Shown one piece after another: positions 8,804 to 17,016 of a stretch of DNA of 64,000 nucleotides (positions are counted from its first letter, which is position 1; each line of letters begins with the position of its first letter). This DNA is from an uncultured Actinomycetes bacterium. GTDB lineage: Bacteria; Actinomycetota; Thermoleophilia; Solirubrobacterales; Solirubrobacteraceae. The stretch spans positions 1,429 to 65,428 of the forward strand of contig CAWGTK010000003.1 in assembly GCA_963825485.1 (NCBI GenBank), written 5' to 3'. Made by a program: the position numbers and the translations under genes. The notes beneath the pieces are model-generated. The model made no database searches. It was not told where the DNA came from and saw nothing but the letters and a program-made list of their open reading frames with translations.

Positions 8804-10588
8804 CTAGTCGGTTCGCATGCGTCCTTCTGTCCCGCCCTCGCTCATGAGCTGGCGGTATGCCGCGCAGCGCGCCATTAGCTCGCCGTCACTGCCCACGTCG
8901 ACGACCTCGCCGGCGCGCAGCAGGACGACCTTGTCGGCTGCCCGCACGGTCGAGCGCCGGTGCGCGATGACGAGGCTCGTCCGCCCCTCCCGCGCCCGCC
9001 GCATCGCCGTCTCGAGCGCCGCCTCGCTGTCGGCGTCGAGGTTCGAGACCGCCTCGTCGAGCACGAGGATCGGGGCCTCGGTGAGCAGCGCGCGGGCAAT
9101 TGCGATTCGCTGGCGCTGACCGCCCGACAGCCGGGCGCCGCGCTCGCCGACAACCGTGTCGTAGCCGTCGTCGAGCGCGGCCGTGATGAAGTCGTGGGCG
9201 AGCGCGTCGCGCGCGGCGCGCTCGACCATGGCATCGCTCGCGCCGGGCCGAGCCATGCCGATGTTGTCGCCCACCGAGCAGTTGAACAGGTAGGTGTCCT
9301 GGGGCACGAAGGCGACGAGCTGCGGCAGGTCGCGCAACGGAAGGTCGGCGACGTCGTGCCCGCCGATCGTGATCCGGCCGCCCGACGGGTCCCACCAGCG
9401 CAGCAGCAGGTGCGCGCAGGTCGACTTACCGGCGCCCGACGCGCCGACGAGCGCGACGGTCTCTCCGGCGGCGGCGGCGAAGCTCACGCCGCGGACGGCG
9501 GCGGGGAGATGCGGCTCGTAGGCGAACGTGACGTCCTCGAAGCCGACGTCGGGCGCGATGCGCTGCGGCAGCGACGCCGACGCACGGTCGGCCACCGCAG
9601 CGGGCTCGGCGAGGAACGCGAGGATCCGCTCGCCGGCGGCGGCCACCGCGCCGAGCTGGTGCAGCGTCTCCCCCAGGGCGACGAGCGGTGCGAACGCGTA
9701 CGCCGCCAGGACGACGGCGACCGGGAACAGCTCGCGCGGCAGGGCACCGTCGGCGACGAGCGCGCCCGCGGTCGCGACCACGGCGACGAGGCCCAGGGCC
9801 ATCAGGGCGTCGGTCAGCGCACGTTCGGCCCCCGAGCGACGCGCGTAGCCGCGCTGCGCGCCCGCCAGCCGCCGCGTCGAGCCGGCCAGCCGGCCGAGCT
9901 GATGCTCTTCCTGGCCGAACACGACGACCTCGCGCAGGCCCTGCACGCTGTCGACCGTGTCGGCGTTGAGGTCGCCGAGCCGGTCGCGCAGGGCTCGGCC
10001 CTGCGCGCCGGCGCGGCGCCGCCACCAGGCCGGCACGCTGGCCACCGCCAGCAGCGGCACGACGAGCACCGCCGCGAGCGCCGGGTCGATCGCGGCGAGG
10101 GCGGCGAGCGCGGCGAGCGGCACGACGACGGCCACGATCAGCGGGCTGAGCGTGTGCGCGAAGAACAGCTCGCACTGCTCGACGTCGGCCAGCACCGTCG
10201 CCCCGACGTCGCCCGCGCGCCGCTTGAGCATGAAGCCCGGCGTCAGGCGCTCGAACGCGTCGTAGCACTGCACGCGCATCTCGACGAGGCAGCGGTAGGC
10301 GAGATCGTGCGCGAACCACGACTCCAGCCAGCCCATCACCGCGCGCGGCAGCACGAGCACGCCCAGCGCGATGAGCCAGGGCCGCAGCTCGCCGACCGAT
10401 GCACCGGTCGCGGCCAGCCCGACGACGTAGGCGCCGGCGGCCGCGGCGGACAGCGCGAGCGCCTGGTCGACGATCCCGCACGCGATCGTCGCCGCGAGCT
10501 TGCGCCGCAAGCCGCGCAGGATGACGAGCAGCGGGCTGAAGCGGCGCAGGCTCGCGCGCGTCGGCGGTGCGGCGACCGTGACCGTCAC
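8804..10588 (-). CDS. ABC half-transporter (TMD-NBD, exporter fold; CydC/YbtQ/IrtB-like)
   Basis: GASGAGKST, LSGGQRQR, ILVLDEA. 4-nt overlap with the upstream partner. Confidence 0.9.
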   Translation of the reverse strand: MTVTVAAPPTRASLRRFSPLLVILRGLRRKLAATIACGIVDQALALSAAAAGAYVVGLAATGASVGELRPWLIALGVLVLPRAVMGWLESWFAHDLAYRCLVEMRVQCYDAFERLTPGFMLKRRAGDVGATVLADVEQCELFFAHTLSPLIVAVVVPLAALAALAAIDPALAAVLVVPLLAVASVPAWWRRRAGAQGRALRDRLGDLNADTVDSVQGLREVVVFGQEEHQLGRLAGSTRRLAGAQRGYARRSGAERALTDALMALGLVAVVATAGALVADGALPRELFPVAVVLAAYAFAPLVALGETLHQLGAVAAAGERILAFLAEPAAVADRASASLPQRIAPDVGFEDVTFAYEPHLPAAVRGVSFAAAAGETVALVGASGAGKSTCAHLLLRWWDPSGGRITIGGHDVADLPLRDLPQLVAFVPQDTYLFNCSVGDNIGMARPGASDAMVERAARDALAHDFITAALDDGYDTVVGERGARLSGGQRQRIAIARALLTEAPILVLDEAVSNLDADSEAALETAMRRAREGRTSLVIAHRRSTVRAADKVVLLRAGEVVDVGSDGELMARCAAYRQLMSEGGTEGRMRTD

Positions 10589-12327
10589 GCGACCCCGTCC
10601 TGGCGCGCGACGAGCTGCGCGTAGGCGCCGCCGGCGGTGATCAGCTGCGCGTGCCCGCCCAGCTCGACGGCCCGGCCGGCGTCGAGCACGACGATCCGGT
10701 CGGCCGACCGCACGGTCGACAGGCGGTGCGCGATGACGAGCGTCGTGCGGCCCGCTCGGACGCGCTCGAGCGCCTCCTGCACGATGCCCTCGCCCTCGAC
10801 GTCGACGCTCGACGTCGCCTCGTCGAGCACGAGGATCGGTGCATCCTTGACGAGGGCGCGGGCGATCGCCAGCCGCTGACGCTGGCCGCCCGACAGCGTC
10901 AGGCCACGATCGCCGATGACCGAGTCCGCACCAGCCGGCAGCGCCTCGACGAACTCCGCGGCGTTGGCCAGCCGCAGGGCCCGGCGCACCTCGTCGGGCG
11001 TGGCGCCGGGCCGGCCGAAGGCGACGTTGTCGAAGACCGTGCCGTAGAACAGGTAGACGTCCTGGGACACGACGGAGGCAAGCGATCGCAGCCGCGCGAG
11101 CCCGATCTCGCGCACGTCCACACCATCGACGCAGACGCGGCCCGCGTCGGGATCGAAGAAGCGCAGCAGCAGCGACAGCACGGTCGTCTTGCCGGCGCCT
11201 GAGGGCCCCACGATCGCCACGGTCTCGCGTGGCGAGACGGCGAGTGAGAAGTCGTCCAGCGCCGGGCGGGCGCCGGCGCGGTACGCGAAGCTGACGTGGT
11301 CAAAGGACACCGCCGGCGACGAGGTCCCGGCGATCCGGTCGCGCGATGGCCGCGACGCGCCCACCGGATCGGCGATCGCGGGCTCGGCCTCGAGCAGGTC
11401 GAAGATGCCGCCCGCCGCGGCCTCCGCCGAGTATGTGGAGTGAAAGGCCGTCTGCAGGTCCTTCAGCGGCCGGAACGCCTCGCGGCTGAGCAGCAGCAGC
11501 ACGAGCAGCTCGGTGATCGACAGGGCACCGGCCTCGAAGCGCAGCGCGCCGACGCCGATCGCCAGCGCCAAGCCGCCGCTCTCGGCCAGGCCGATCACGC
11601 CGACGCTCATGTTCGAGATCGCCGTCAGCCGCAGCGACGCGCGGTAGAAGCCCCACGACCGCTCGCGCAGGTTCTCCCCGTGCGTGCGCGTGGCGCCGAG
11701 CGCCTTGAGCGTCGACATCCCCTGCACCGCGTCGAGGTACTCCGCGCCGAGCGTGCGCCAGCGCCGCCAGTAGGTCCGGCTGCTCTCGCTCAGCATCCGC
11801 CGCATGACGCGCGGGGCGAACACCACCGAGGCGCCGCACGCGAGCACGACGACGCCCACGACCGGGTCGACGGTGGCGATGATCGCCACGCACGCGAGCG
11901 TCCCGACGAGCGACACGAGCAGCTGCGGGACGAACACCGCCGCGTAGCGGTCCAGCGCCTCGACGCCGTTGACGAGCGTCGTCAGCACCATCCCCGTGCG
12001 GGTGCGCAACAGGTAACCCGGCCCGAGCGCGAGCAGGTGCTCGTACAGGCGCGCGCGCAGGGCCAGCTTGACCGTCGCGGCGATCTCCGTGGCGGCCTGT
12101 TCGCGGGCCCAGATCAGGCCAGCGCGCAGAACGATGAGCACGATCGACGCGAGCAGCAACCCGGTGATGTCGGTGAACGGCCGGCCGTCGAAGATCCGCG
12201 CCAGCGCGTGCGCGACGACGAGCCCCTGGCCGATGTACGTGGCGGTGATCGCCAGCCCGATCGCCACGGCGACGAGCACCTGCGCTCGCGCGCAGCGCAC
12301 GAGCGCCAGCAGGCGACGGTTCAGCAT
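10585..12327 (-). CDS. ABC half-transporter (TMD-NBD, exporter fold; CydD/YbtP/IrtA-like)
   Basis: GPSGAGKTT, LSGGQRQR, ILVLDEAT. The start is 15 nt after the cyclodehydratase stop. Confidence 0.9.
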   Translation of the reverse strand: MLNRRLLALVRCARAQVLVAVAIGLAITATYIGQGLVVAHALARIFDGRPFTDITGLLLASIVLIVLRAGLIWAREQAATEIAATVKLALRARLYEHLLALGPGYLLRTRTGMVLTTLVNGVEALDRYAAVFVPQLLVSLVGTLACVAIIATVDPVVGVVVLACGASVVFAPRVMRRMLSESSRTYWRRWRTLGAEYLDAVQGMSTLKALGATRTHGENLRERSWGFYRASLRLTAISNMSVGVIGLAESGGLALAIGVGALRFEAGALSITELLVLLLLSREAFRPLKDLQTAFHSTYSAEAAAGGIFDLLEAEPAIADPVGASRPSRDRIAGTSSPAVSFDHVSFAYRAGARPALDDFSLAVSPRETVAIVGPSGAGKTTVLSLLLRFFDPDAGRVCVDGVDVREIGLARLRSLASVVSQDVYLFYGTVFDNVAFGRPGATPDEVRRALRLANAAEFVEALPAGADSVIGDRGLTLSGGQRQRLAIARALVKDAPILVLDEATSSVDVEGEGIVQEALERVRAGRTTLVIAHRLSTVRSADRIVVLDAGRAVELGGHAQLITAGGAYAQLVARQDGVA

Positions 12328-12342
12328 CGCGCCTGCGGCGGC

Positions 12343-14613
12343 TCAGGCATGGGCGAGCGGGAACAGGTTCAGCTCGTGCTCGCCGAGCGGCCGCTCCCGC
12401 CAGCCCAGCTCGACGGCCTCGTCCTGCAGGCGCCGCCGGCCGAGGAACGGAAACGCGGCCGGGAAGTTCGGCACCAGCCCCGGCACGACGATCCGCACGA
12501 CGCGCAGCCCGCTGGCGGCGACGTCGGGTGTCGTCAGATCGACGCAGAAGACCTCCAGGCCGGCGTGCTCGACGAGTGCGCGGTAGTGGTCGGCCGAGCG
12601 CTCCGCGAGGACCGGCAGGTCGTCGCACGTGATCGTCCCGCACGGTTGCAGCCACGGCCGCACGCGCTCGATCGCGCGCGGATCGAGATAGACCTGCGGC
12701 TGGCATTCGAGGTCGCCGACGTCGCGGAAGTCGCCGCGGAAGTCGTCGAGATAGGCGCGATCGGAGCGCCACGGCTTGATGAAGCCACCGCTCTTCAGCC
12801 CGAGGCGCACGGCATCGCGGAAGAGGCCATGCTCCCGCAGGAGGTCGCGGCTGATCTCCTGGTTGGTCAGGCCTTCGCTCCAGGCCTTCAGCGCCGCCTC
12901 GAGCGGATCGGCTCGGGCGGCGAACCCGATGCTCAGCAACTGCTCCTCGACGTTCTCCACGATGCCGGCCACCACCGGCACGCCGAGGCGGTTGGGCAGC
13001 GAGAGCAGGCTGCCACGCTGACCGAGCCGCTCGGGCTCCCCCTCCCAGACGGCGGCGAGCCGGTGCGGGAGCTCGATCGACGGCAGGGCGGGCAGGTTCG
13101 CCCACCACACCATCGTTGCGTGGCGCTCGATGAGCTCCTCGAGCCCGGCGCAGATCGCGTCGTCGAGCGTCGGCCCCGCGGCGATGCCGGGATAGAGCGG
13201 GAAGTTCGTCGGCGGCTCGTCCACGAACTCCGCGACGTGCCAGTTGACGTAGGCGAAGCTCGCCGGCACCCATGCCCCGACGTCGCGGGTGAGCGAACGG
13301 CCTCGAATCCATTGCACCGGCAGATCGGCGTCGAAGCGCACGAACGGGAAGCCGGGCGCGTCGTACTGCGCATCGGAGTACAGGACCATTGCCCGCGGGT
13401 CGAGCGCGTCCTCGCCCGCCGCGCACAGCTGCGCGTGGCTCGCGCGCCGCAGGCGGTCCGCTTGGACCCAGTTGCCGCAGTAGCGCTCGACGCCCTCGCC
13501 GATCGCGCTCTGGCCGACGCGCTCCGGCGTGCCGTACAGCAGGCTGCCGCCGCAGACGGGATTGATCGCCCACGGGGCGAGGCGCAGGGTGTCGCTCACC
13601 CGGGCGACGACCGTCGTCAGCACGCGCGGGATGACCGGCGGGTGGGTGATCTGCGACAGCGACGCGATCAACCCGGTGCGCTCGTCGAGCAGCAGCGCGG
13701 CACCGGACGTCGACGTGTTGCGGTAGTGAGCCGCGCCGGGCGCGTCGGGCCGCGGGAGCACGGGATGCGGTATCACCGCGAAGGCGCGCGGCTCGAGCTC
13801 GATCTCGTTGCCCAGCAGGGCGCTCGTGCCACCGCTGCGCCAGCGCTCGATCTCGACGAACGCGACCGCGAGCATCCAGCGCAGCTCTCGCGCCGGCGGG
13901 AGGTAGCCGCGAGGCGCGAGCGTGTCGGAGGCCAGCGCCTCGAACAGCGACTCCTCGAGCATGGCGCAACGGCGGCGATCGAGGACGTCGCGGTAGCGCA
14001 ACCCGACATCGGCGCCGATCGCCGGACCCAGCCATGCGCTCTCGCGATCGAAATGAAACGGCACCCAGGCAACCCCGGCCGCCGCGCAGCGTTCGTCGAC
14101 CTCGGTCAGGTACCCGACGTCCAAGCGGTCCCGCAGCACGACGAGCACGGCCTCCTCGACGCCCGCGAGCGCGCCAGGGTCGTCGCTGCATGTCGGCAGC
14201 AGCTCGACACCGTCGTCGGCGACGTGCTCGCGCGCGGCCTCGACGAGCGCGGCGTCACCCGCGAGCGCGACGCGCAGCGGACGCGGTGCCGCGGGGCGGC
14301 GACCGAAGCGTAGACAGTGCTCCTCGCCCGGCGCGTGCGGCAGATCGGTGATGCAGCCCTGCGCGCCCAGCACCTCGACGATCTCCTCGAAGCCACCGGT
14401 CAGGCCGGTCTGCGCCGCGACCTCGAGCGCCGATCGAGTGCCATCGCAGAGGAGCAGCGCCTCGCGCACGACCGCGGCGGGCGACGCGATCTCGAACGCG
14501 GCGCCCGTCGGCGTCAGTGCGAGGGTGTGGTCGCCACGCAGTTCACGGAGATCGACGCGGACGAGGCGCGGCCCGATCGTGGTCTGAACTGCCGATGCGT
14601 CGTGATCGCTCAA
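12343..14613 (-). CDS. Fused azoline-forming cyclodehydratase: PqqD-like RRE, E1-like (SagC/cyclodehydratase) domain and YcaO domain (PatD/LynD-like architecture)
   Basis: N-terminus FEIASPAAVVREALLLCDGTRSALEVAAQTGL..IVEVLGAQGCITD (RRE-like). Middle VALAGDAAL...GVAWVPFHFDRESAWLGPAIG. YcaO core SAIGEGVERYCGNW..PGIAAGPTLDDAICAGLEELIERH. TTG start per the track. Confidence 0.85.
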   Translation of the reverse strand: MSDHDASAVQTTIGPRLVRVDLRELRGDHTLALTPTGAAFEIASPAAVVREALLLCDGTRSALEVAAQTGLTGGFEEIVEVLGAQGCITDLPHAPGEEHCLRFGRRPAAPRPLRVALAGDAALVEAAREHVADDGVELLPTCSDDPGALAGVEEAVLVVLRDRLDVGYLTEVDERCAAAGVAWVPFHFDRESAWLGPAIGADVGLRYRDVLDRRRCAMLEESLFEALASDTLAPRGYLPPARELRWMLAVAFVEIERWRSGGTSALLGNEIELEPRAFAVIPHPVLPRPDAPGAAHYRNTSTSGAALLLDERTGLIASLSQITHPPVIPRVLTTVVARVSDTLRLAPWAINPVCGGSLLYGTPERVGQSAIGEGVERYCGNWVQADRLRRASHAQLCAAGEDALDPRAMVLYSDAQYDAPGFPFVRFDADLPVQWIRGRSLTRDVGAWVPASFAYVNWHVAEFVDEPPTNFPLYPGIAAGPTLDDAICAGLEELIERHATMVWWANLPALPSIELPHRLAAVWEGEPERLGQRGSLLSLPNRLGVPVVAGIVENVEEQLLSIGFAARADPLEAALKAWSEGLTNQEISRDLLREHGLFRDAVRLGLKSGGFIKPWRSDRAYLDDFRGDFRDVGDLECQPQVYLDPRAIERVRPWLQPCGTITCDDLPVLAERSADHYRALVEHAGLEVFCVDLTTPDVAASGLRVVRIVVPGLVPNFPAAFPFLGRRRLQDEAVELGWRERPLGEHELNLFPLAHA

Positions 14614-14713
14614 CCCATCTCCCAGCCTCTTGGAGAACGCGAGCGACAGGGTCGCCCGCTCGGAGTCCTGCCGCCGTCACGCCACGGCCCGTCGCGCGAC
14701 CGGCACGGCAGCC

Positions 14714-14741
14714 GGGGGCCCGCACGAACGTGCCGGCCCCC
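14714..14741 (-). terminator. GC-rich stem-loop between the small ORF and the cyclodehydratase (possible attenuator or partial terminator)
   Basis: GGGGGCCCGCAC-gaac-GTGCCGGCCCCC: a 12-bp stem with one mismatch and no obvious U-tract. Confidence 0.4.
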
Positions 14742-14790
14742 GCGCTACCGCCGTCACCGGTCGATCGAACGACCGGCGAGCGTCACCGTG

Positions 14791-14883
14791 CTACCGCGAC
14801 CAGCGGAAGTGCGCCACCACCGTCGAGTGGTTGTCGGCGGGCAGCACCTTCGTCTTGGGAGAGAGGTCGATGGACTTGATCAT
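14791..14883 (-). CDS. 30-aa candidate RiPP precursor peptide (below the ORF-track size cut-off)
   Basis: AAGGAG, then 6 nt, then ATG 14883. Sequence MIKSIDLSPKTKVLPADNHSTVVAHFRWSR, TAG at 14791-14793. Same strand as the YcaO gene, 177 nt upstream of it. An alternative upstream in-frame ATG at 14907 has no SD. Confidence 0.6.
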   Translation of the reverse strand: MIKSIDLSPKTKVLPADNHSTVVAHFRWSR

Positions 14884-15056
14884 GTGCCACTCCTTTTGCG
14901 CGTGCATCGATGTCGAGCACGTCGTCGGGGTACCTGCATTACGAACGCGCGTCCTTATTGCAAGGTAGCATCAATACGGAGTTGCTCGCAATCCGGAGTG
15001 CTTCACGTGCCGCGCAAGCCGGAGCATTGGAGCTCGAGTCGCCTACGACCTCCGCG

Positions 15057-16976
15057 CTATTCGAAGGCGGCGCCGAGGATGCCGAGCAGGTTGCTGCCGT
15101 TGAGCAGGGCGTCGAGCGCGCGTTTGCCCCCGCGGGCGATGCTGATGAGCACGTCGAGCGGCAGCCCCTCGGCGGCGGCGCGGGCGATGGCTGCCTGGGG
15201 CTCGGTCAGCTCGCCGGCAGTTCGCGCGTCGGCGATGCCGCGGCGCAGTCCGTCGCGCAGCGCTGCGGCGAGCGCGCCGTCGTCGATGTTGTGCTCGCGC
15301 AGGAACGTCACGCGCCGGTCGGTGGTGGCGAGCGCGAGGGTGAGCTCCTCGCGGGTGACGCGCAGGTTGCAGGCGGCACCGTCGAGCGCCGAGAGCCCGA
15401 GTTGCTCGGCGACCTGGCTGAGGCCCGTCGCGTCGGGCCAGACGCGTGGCTTGCAGGGATCGCGCGCCGACAGCGGCTTGTAGCTGCCGCCGCCGAGCGC
15501 GACGTAGGTGCCGCCGAGCGCTCCCGCGAGCGTGAGCGCCGCGAGGAGGCTGGCGGCGGATGCCGCGCCGCCCGTCAGCGCGATCGGAATGAGCGCGAGC
15601 AGGGCCAGCGCCGCGGCCACGAGGAACGACGTGCTGAACGCGTGCGTGGCGGCGCGGTGGACCTCGTCGGTGAGGTCGGCCTGCAGCCGTGCGTAGGCGA
15701 CCCGGTCCTCCGCCGGCGGCTGCTGGGCGGCGAACGCCGGGCGCAGGTCGGGCAGCTGGCCTCCCGCCAGCGCGATGCGCGTGGCGATCGCGTCGGCGAG
15801 ATCGAGCTTCAGCGCGGGCGAGAGGCGGGCGTCGAGCAGCTTGGCGGTGCCCGCTCGCTCAGCGGCGATCTGCTCGTCCTGCAATGCGGACGCGAACACC
15901 GGTGTGAGCACGAGCAGCCCGACGACGACGCCCGCGTGGCGCGCGGTGATCGTCCACGCGCCGCGGCGCGCGAGCTGTGCCGCGTCGACGTCGGCAATCC
16001 CCGCCCCGGGCTCACCGAGCGCGCGTCGCGTCAGCGCCCACAGCGTGAGCCCGAGCCCGACGCCGATCAACACCTGCGGCGCGATCGTCCAGCCGGCCTG
16101 CGCGCCGGGCAGCAGGCCGAGCGCCGCCAGGCCTCCGGCCAGCGCAACCGTACCGGCGGCGACGAGCCGCTGCTCGGCGGCGAATCTGCGGGCGAGCATC
16201 GCGGTCGCCAGCGCGGCCAGCGGCATCACCGAGACGATCGCGGCCGCGCGGAGGGGCGAGTGGCGCAGTCCCTCGGTCAACAGGATCACGAGCAAGAAGA
16301 GCGCCGCGGTGAGAGCGGCCGAGACCAGTGCGAGTGCGACCGTCGGCGCCGCCGTGCCGGGGCCAGCGGTCGTCGCCGGCCGCAGGGAGGCCGCACGCGG
16401 CATGTCGGCGACGTCGCGCGACAGCGGCCGCAGCAGCGCGACGAGCGCGAGCGGCACCTGCACGGCGAAGATCGCCTGCCAGGAGAACAGCTCCGTCAGC
16501 GCGCCGCCGAGCGCCGGACCGATCGCGGCGCCCGCGATCCCCGCGGCGGCCCAGATGCGCGAGCCCGCCGCTTGGCCGCGCTGGGCGACGAGCAGCTCGA
16601 GCGCGGCCGCGATGACCGCGGCGCCGCCGACCGCCTGCGCACAGCGCGCGGCGACGAGGACGGCGAGACTCGGAGCCAGCGCGCAGGCCAGCGAGGCCGC
16701 CGCGAAGGCGACGATCCCGAGCCGCCAGGCGGCGATCGCACCGCCGCGGCGCACCAGCACCGCGGCGGGCAGCGCGACGAGCGCGAGCACGAGGTTGAAC
16801 GACGTCAGCACCCAGGCGACATCGGTGACGTCGGCGCGAAACTCGCGCAGGACGGCGGGCAGGCCGAGCGTCACGACCGACGAGTCGGCCAGCACGATCG
16901 CGACCGCCAGCGCGACGACCACCGTTCGCGTGCGGCCCTGCTCCTCGCGGGCAGAACCTGGCGGGCGCCCGCTCAC
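15057..16976 (-). CDS. MFS transporter (DHA2/EmrB-like, multi-TM) with a ~190-aa soluble C-terminal extension
   Basis: VVVALAVAIVLADSSVVTLGLPAVLREF, then many TM segments. The C-terminal helical region begins SYKPLSARDPCKPRVWPD... Confidence 0.85.
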   Translation of the reverse strand: MSGRPPGSAREEQGRTRTVVVALAVAIVLADSSVVTLGLPAVLREFRADVTDVAWVLTSFNLVLALVALPAAVLVRRGGAIAAWRLGIVAFAAASLACALAPSLAVLVAARCAQAVGGAAVIAAALELLVAQRGQAAGSRIWAAAGIAGAAIGPALGGALTELFSWQAIFAVQVPLALVALLRPLSRDVADMPRAASLRPATTAGPGTAAPTVALALVSAALTAALFLLVILLTEGLRHSPLRAAAIVSVMPLAALATAMLARRFAAEQRLVAAGTVALAGGLAALGLLPGAQAGWTIAPQVLIGVGLGLTLWALTRRALGEPGAGIADVDAAQLARRGAWTITARHAGVVVGLLVLTPVFASALQDEQIAAERAGTAKLLDARLSPALKLDLADAIATRIALAGGQLPDLRPAFAAQQPPAEDRVAYARLQADLTDEVHRAATHAFSTSFLVAAALALLALIPIALTGGAASAASLLAALTLAGALGGTYVALGGGSYKPLSARDPCKPRVWPDATGLSQVAEQLGLSALDGAACNLRVTREELTLALATTDRRVTFLREHNIDDGALAAALRDGLRRGIADARTAGELTEPQAAIARAAAEGLPLDVLISIARGGKRALDALLNGSNLLGILGAAFE

Positions 16977-17016
16977 GATCTGGATCGTGTCGCTTGCATC
17001 TGGGTGCCCAGGCGTG

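Noticed and set aside
11296-14313. 1005-aa plus-strand ORF, and the 963-aa minus-strand ORF 11300..14191, overlapping the ABC and YcaO genes
   Set aside because: Their composition (Arg/Asp/His/Pro/Gly-rich, no motifs) is typical of shadow frames in GC-rich DNA. The alternative frames carry clear Walker/ABC and YcaO signatures.
14884-15056. Search for a Fur, IdeR/DtxR, Zur or CsoR box in the promoter region upstream of the precursor ORF
   Set aside because: I found only a weak inverted repeat (TATTG-N11-CAATA at about 14956-14976). Nothing resembles the consensus boxes as I remember them. The metal regulation of the operon therefore remains unsupported by sequence.
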